From: Alloascoidea hylecoeti
Taxonomy: Eukaryota
NCBI GenBank assembly: GCA_001600815.1
Contig: BCKZ01000026.1
Coordinates: 62,001 to 126,000, forward strand
Direction of reading: 5' to 3'
Length of the DNA stretch: 64,000 bases
Part shown: piece by piece, positions 59,252 through 64,000 of the stretch
Layout of the letters: each line of letters starts with the position of its first letter
How positions within the stretch are numbered: position 1 is the first letter of the stretch
The notes under the pieces: generated by a model
What the model saw: the letters and a program-made list of their open reading frames with translations, nothing else
What the model was told of the DNA's origin: nothing
Databases searched by the model: none
Translations under genes and position numbers: made by a program

Positions 59252-61672
59252 ATGTCGAGAAGACATGACGTCAACGCCGAGGTGGGTGACATAGAAACCT
59301 CTGGTTTCAACTCGTTACGGGGAGATGATACTGAGGATAATAATACCGATAAAGATCAATCTAATGTTATTTCAAGTTCTATCGACGAACCTGATTCAGG
59401 CCTAGGAAAGGAGAAGGGTCCTGAAATAGTCTATGCCAGCAGCAGTTCTCAAGTTGAAGGTGTCTTGGAGGAAGAACAAGAAGTCTGGCGAGACGATGCC
59501 GATTACACAATTACTGATAATTCACCTTATCCTGAAGTGAGAGCTGCGGTCCCTACCGGTGATGATCCATCCATTAGGGTAAACCATTGGAGAACTTGGG
59601 TTTTAACGACAATTTTTGTTATTGTGTTTGCAGGTGTGAATCAATTTTTCTCCTTAAGATATCCTACCATGACCATTGGATTCATCGTTGCGCAATTACT
59701 TTCTTATCCATTCGGTTCTGCTTTAGCAAAATTACCAAATAAAAAATTATTTGGTGGTAAAGGTTGGTTATCTTGGTTTGATTTGAACCCTGGTCCTTTT
59801 TCCATGAAAGAGCATGCTACATTAACCATCGCTGTGTCACTGACATCCTCAAGTGCTTATGCAATGAATCTCTTAATAGCACAAACCAATTTTTATAATC
59901 TGGACTTGGGTGTAGGATATGAAATTTTATTAGTCATAACAAGTCAAATGCTTGGTTATGGTCTGGCCGGTTTATCAAGACGTTTCGTTGTATATCCATC
60001 AGCAATGATTTGGCCAGAGACACTTATTTCAACAACATTATTTACAACCATCCATGGAGATAAAGCAAGAACAAATATAAATGGATGGAAAATATCAAGG
60101 TATAGTTTTTTCTTTGTTGTTTTGGCAGCATCATTCATATTTTATTGGTTTCCCGGTTTCATTTTCACTGCTTTATCTTATTTTACTTGGATTTGTTGGA
60201 TTGCCCCAAATAATGTAATAGTTAATCAATTATTTGGTTATAATTCTGGTTTAGGTATAATACCAATCACCTTCGATTGGACTCAAATTACACAAGCAAT
60301 GAGCTATCCATTAGGTACCCCATATTGGGTAGTTGCTAATTCATTTGCATCCGTTGTTCTTTTCTTTTGGATAATCGTACCAATTTTATATTATACAAAT
60401 ACATGGTATGCGAAATACTTACCAATGCTTTCTGCAACAACATTTGATAATACTGCTAAAAAATATAATGTTTCAAAAGTTTTGGATAAAAAGATGGTTT
60501 TAAATGAAGAAGCATATCATAAATATTCTCCATTATATGTCCCATTTTCTTACTTGATGTCATATGCTTTAAATTTCGCAGCAGTTACATCATTATTCGT
60601 ACATTGTTATTTTTACCATGGTAAAGAGATATGGAATAAAATAAAAGATTCAAGACACGGAGGAGAAGATTATCATAAAAAATTAATGAGTTCATATAAA
60701 GAAGTTCCTGATTATTGGTATGCAATTTTATTCTTCATTTGTCTTGGAATCTCTTTAGCAATTCCAGGTATTTGGGATATGCAATTACCAGTCTGGGGTA
60801 TGCTTATTGCCATTATAATTTCAATAGTTAATTTTATTCCCCAAGGACTCTTGGAAGGTATAAGTAACCAACATGTTGGACTAAATATTATAACTGAATT
60901 GGTTGCTGGATATATTTGGCCAGGTAAACCCTTGGCCAATATATTGGTTAAACTATATGGGTTTATTCCAATGAGACAAGGATTGGATTTTTCAAGAGAT
61001 TTAAAATTAGGTCAATACATGAAAGTTCCCCCAAGAATATTATTCTGGGTACAAATATATTGTACATTACTTGCTTCTTTAGTCAATGTGGGAGTTCAAA
61101 GATGGATGCGATTTAATGTTGATGACGTTTGCTCATCAACACAAAAAGATGGTTTTATTTGTGCTAGTGGTCGTACAGTGTTCAACGCATCAATTATTTG
61201 GGGAGCTGTTGGTCCTGGAAGACTCTTTTCACCAGGTAGAAAATATAATGCCATTATGTATTTCTTCTTAATTGGTGCAATATGTCCAGTAATCACATAC
61301 TATTTACATAAAAAATGGCCCAGAAAATGGTTTGGTAAACTTAATGCACCAATATTTTTCAATAGTTCAGGTAATATTCCACCAGCAACAGGTGTGAATT
61401 ATGGAGCTTTATTTATTGTTGTTTTCACTTTTAATTATTATATTAAAAATAAATGGAATAAATGGTGGTTAAAATATAATTATGTACTTTCAGCTGGTAT
61501 TGAATCTGGAGTTGCAATTGCAACAGTTTTAATCTTTTTGTGTGTTACTTATCCTGGAGGAGAGCTAACATGGTGGGGAAATACAGTGTGGAAAAAAACT
61601 GATGATTATAATTCTGTTAAGTACCGTACTTTAGCAAAAGGTGAGACTTTTGGTCCTACAACGTGGGATTGA
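59252..61672 (+). CDS. OPT1: OPT-family transporter, Opt1/Hgt1 (glutathione transporter) type
   Basis: SPYPEVRAAV, NHWRTWVLTTIFVIVFAGVNQFFSLRYP, NPGPFSMKEH, NFIPQG, GLNIITEL, RDLKLGQYMKVPPR. Confidence 0.9.
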   Translation: MSRRHDVNAEVGDIETSGFNSLRGDDTEDNNTDKDQSNVISSSIDEPDSGLGKEKGPEIVYASSSSQVEGVLEEEQEVWRDDADYTITDNSPYPEVRAAVPTGDDPSIRVNHWRTWVLTTIFVIVFAGVNQFFSLRYPTMTIGFIVAQLLSYPFGSALAKLPNKKLFGGKGWLSWFDLNPGPFSMKEHATLTIAVSLTSSSAYAMNLLIAQTNFYNLDLGVGYEILLVITSQMLGYGLAGLSRRFVVYPSAMIWPETLISTTLFTTIHGDKARTNINGWKISRYSFFFVVLAASFIFYWFPGFIFTALSYFTWICWIAPNNVIVNQLFGYNSGLGIIPITFDWTQITQAMSYPLGTPYWVVANSFASVVLFFWIIVPILYYTNTWYAKYLPMLSATTFDNTAKKYNVSKVLDKKMVLNEEAYHKYSPLYVPFSYLMSYALNFAAVTSLFVHCYFYHGKEIWNKIKDSRHGGEDYHKKLMSSYKEVPDYWYAILFFICLGISLAIPGIWDMQLPVWGMLIAIIISIVNFIPQGLLEGISNQHVGLNIITELVAGYIWPGKPLANILVKLYGFIPMRQGLDFSRDLKLGQYMKVPPRILFWVQIYCTLLASLVNVGVQRWMRFNVDDVCSSTQKDGFICASGRTVFNASIIWGAVGPGRLFSPGRKYNAIMYFFLIGAICPVITYYLHKKWPRKWFGKLNAPIFFNSSGNIPPATGVNYGALFIVVFTFNYYIKNKWNKWWLKYNYVLSAGIESGVAIATVLIFLCVTYPGGELTWWGNTVWKKTDDYNSVKYRTLAKGETFGPTTWD

Positions 61673-63142
61673 AAAATAATGTTATGATTTTAAATTTGTT
61701 TCTGTTAGATATTAATTCCTTAAAATAATTATAACGAATAATAATTATATAATAAAAATATGACTTTCTTTGAGAATTCATTCCATAATACTAAGTATTA
61801 AACCTGAGTAAATAAACCTGTAGTGCTTCTAGTTCCTACTTTCTTTCACAAAAGTGTGTGAGGCGCCGGTCTTGAAAACATTCACGATGCCTCGTATTTC
61901 ATAAGTTATACATGGATTTTGTTCTTCTTTTATAATTATGTTGAATTCTAACCATATTTCCATGACTATCTACTAGAGCGTTTATATTTCTAAAGTCTTT
62001 CTTTAGTAAGTGCTACATAGTTTATTATAAAATAAATATTTTACCATATTAAACGTTCTTGTCAACTTAAAAATGTCATTGCCTGATCGCTCTTTAATCC
62101 CGAATTTTCTGAATAGAATTCGTCATTTTATTTACCTTAAAACAAATAACACTAGTACTGGTTAATAGTTATACAGCGTAGTTTACAATCATTATGCGTA
62201 GCTCTTTTAAATTTAATTCTTCAATAATTCCCTAAATAGTATATGAAAGTTACCTTTTTGCTTGACACAACATTCACTATTAAATCATCAATATTGAATG
62301 GAAAACTATAATAACTGCACTAATTTGTGATAATTAAGTGGCGATTAATATTGTACTGACGCGGGAATTGTGGTGTTATCTATATCTCCGGTAATACTTT
62401 TGGGCCGTGAGTCCGTGACAAACTTAAGAATTATTGTTGGATATCCAACAATTACCACTAATAAACTATTCTTCTGTTGATAATATCTTTTAATATTTTC
62501 CAACCAAAAATAATTCTTTTCTTTCCTTATGTTTAAAGTTAAGAAGTGATTTCACTTTAACTTCTTCTTCTTTTAGTTATATCGTCTTTTGGCTATTGGC
62601 CCATATATAAAGTGATTTTGATGAAAATCATTTAGTTTCAATTATGAAAATTATTCAGCGTTAAGTGGTCGATTTTTACCTACTTGGAGGACTAATTATT
62701 TGGACATGTGTTCATTAAATAATCGGGCACTTGATACAACTAAAAAAAACAGTAACTCGAAAAAACAACTATTGGCATTTATGTCAAGTGATATGGCCTA
62801 ATTGCAAACTCTCTTCAAGCTCGTTTTCGTATATATAAGTCTTACAAATCCTGTTGTATTATTTAACATGATGCTACATATGGAATAGAACAGGATAAGA
62901 AAGTAGAAGTGAATATTAAGGTTGTCATATGAAGTAGGAAATAGGTGCATGGAGCAAGCAATAGAATAGTAGAAATATTTTATAGGAAAAGGTAGACTAT
63001 ATAAAGAGCAGAGTATCCTATTTCATTGTACTTATTTCTTATACGTGTACCTCATAATTTAACATATATTTGATATTACAATACTGTTTTCATCAATATA
63101 AAATTTATTTGTCTAACATAATATATAATCATCAGTGATTCA

Positions 63143-64000
63143 TCACCAACTATTTTCAATTTCTAAAATTGTAAGTTTTCTCTTTTTCTTTTTCTTTAAA
63201 TTTATATTTAAATTTGTGATAGCCGCTTGTAATTGTTTATTTTTAGATTGATATAGCATTTTATGAGAAAATCTGTTCCTTTTATTTAACCAATGAATTC
63301 TGCCATAATCTTTTGGAGCAGAAACACTTCTATATAAAATTGCATCTAAATGATTTAACCAATTTTTAAAATGATAATATTTTGGTAAATGTTTTTTGGT
63401 AAATGATGGATCTTCAATTTGTAAATCCATTGAATCTAATACTTGATTAACAATTTTTGAAACATGTAATTCAGATATTGAATCTAATGAAGTATCAACT
63501 TTAATTATAACATTTAAACGAATTGGTTCAGAAAAATCGATTGGATTTTCAGGTGAATTATTAATTGCACCAATTGATTGTAATTTATTTTTAATAATTT
63601 CATTTTTAAATGCCTCTGATAATAAAGAATTTGGTTTAGAAAGAACTTTCTTTCTATAATCAAGAAAGCTTTGTAACATTTCAGATGTAGAAATAATCGG
63701 TAATGGAGTACCGGATTTAAATGGTGGTTCTAATTTCATAATATAGTGACCATTATTTCGATGATGTATGATCAATTTTCTAGATGCATCAGACGAATCT
63801 GATGAAAAGGAAAAAGGAAATGGGAATGAAGATGCAGATGTAGAAGAGTTGGAGGAGTAAGGTGGCGTTTTATGGTTTGTTTTTTGTTTTTTAGTAGATG
63901 AGAATGCATTTATACTTGATTCCGTTGATTCAAACGTTTCATTTTCATTTTCATCAACAGATATTTTTATTTCATGAGAGAAGACATTATTAGTGTCTGA
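63143..64000 (-). CDS. Hypothetical protein, 5' end beyond window
   Basis: Frame stays open from 64000 (SDTNNVFSHEIKISVDENEN...) to the stop at 63143; 286 codons; no family recognised. Confidence 0.65.
   Translation of the reverse strand, partial: SDTNNVFSHEIKISVDENENETFESTESSINAFSSTKKQKTNHKTPPYSSNSSTSASSFPFPFSFSSDSSDASRKLIIHHRNNGHYIMKLEPPFKSGTPLPIISTSEMLQSFLDYRKKVLSKPNSLLSEAFKNEIIKNKLQSIGAINNSPENPIDFSEPIRLNVIIKVDTSLDSISELHVSKIVNQVLDSMDLQIEDPSFTKKHLPKYYHFKNWLNHLDAILYRSVSAPKDYGRIHWLNKRNRFSHKMLYQSKNKQLQAAITNLNINLKKKKKRKLTILEIENSW

Noticed and set aside
3255..61296. Numerous 60-116 aa antisense or alternate-frame ORFs overlapping the main genes
   Set aside because: Shadows of real CDSs with no independent motifs.
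61861..61879. AGGCGCCGGTCTTGAAAAC, resembling a tRNA-Ser(TGA) anticodon arm
   Set aside because: No complementary 3' stem, T-loop or acceptor stem; likely chance.
1..64000. CRISPR arrays, rRNA, prokaryotic operons or defence systems
   Set aside because: None seen; the window is intron-containing fungal DNA.

Overview
AT-rich eukaryotic (budding-yeast, Saccharomycotina-like) genomic DNA read with the standard code (CUG=Leu at conserved sites). The backbone is conserved genes, several in S. cerevisiae-like order: MNL1(partial)-SCH9-SKN7-SET5, a GAP1-like permease, an aldo-keto reductase, eIF4E, PTC1-RPT2, MSS116-VPS64-COQ4-RAV2-HST4, tRNA-Ser(GCT), SPC1, NMD3, an OPT1/HGT1-type transporter and a partial ORF at the right edge. 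I reconstructed 8 spliceosomal introns by hand (SKN7 x3 including a 17-nt micro-exon, RPT2 x2 with an ATG-only first coding exon, COQ4, RAV2, SPC1); SPC1 is absent from the ORF track. Accessory islands lie between the core genes: a Ty1/copia gag-pol next to an assembly gap with an inverted copia relic, an orphan F-box gene, a pogo/Fot1 transposase relic, L1/Zorro-like LINE relics and a decayed F-box/WD40 gene among intron-dense coding relics that may be of foreign fungal origin. Best leads: the possibly foreign F-box/WD40 island, an intact AKR lacking the catalytic Tyr/His, an in-frame stopless COQ4 intron with a weak branch point, and GC-rich 5' ends in several genes. No wholly new multi-gene system can be demonstrated from sequence alone. 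All identifications are by eye from motifs; no searches were run.
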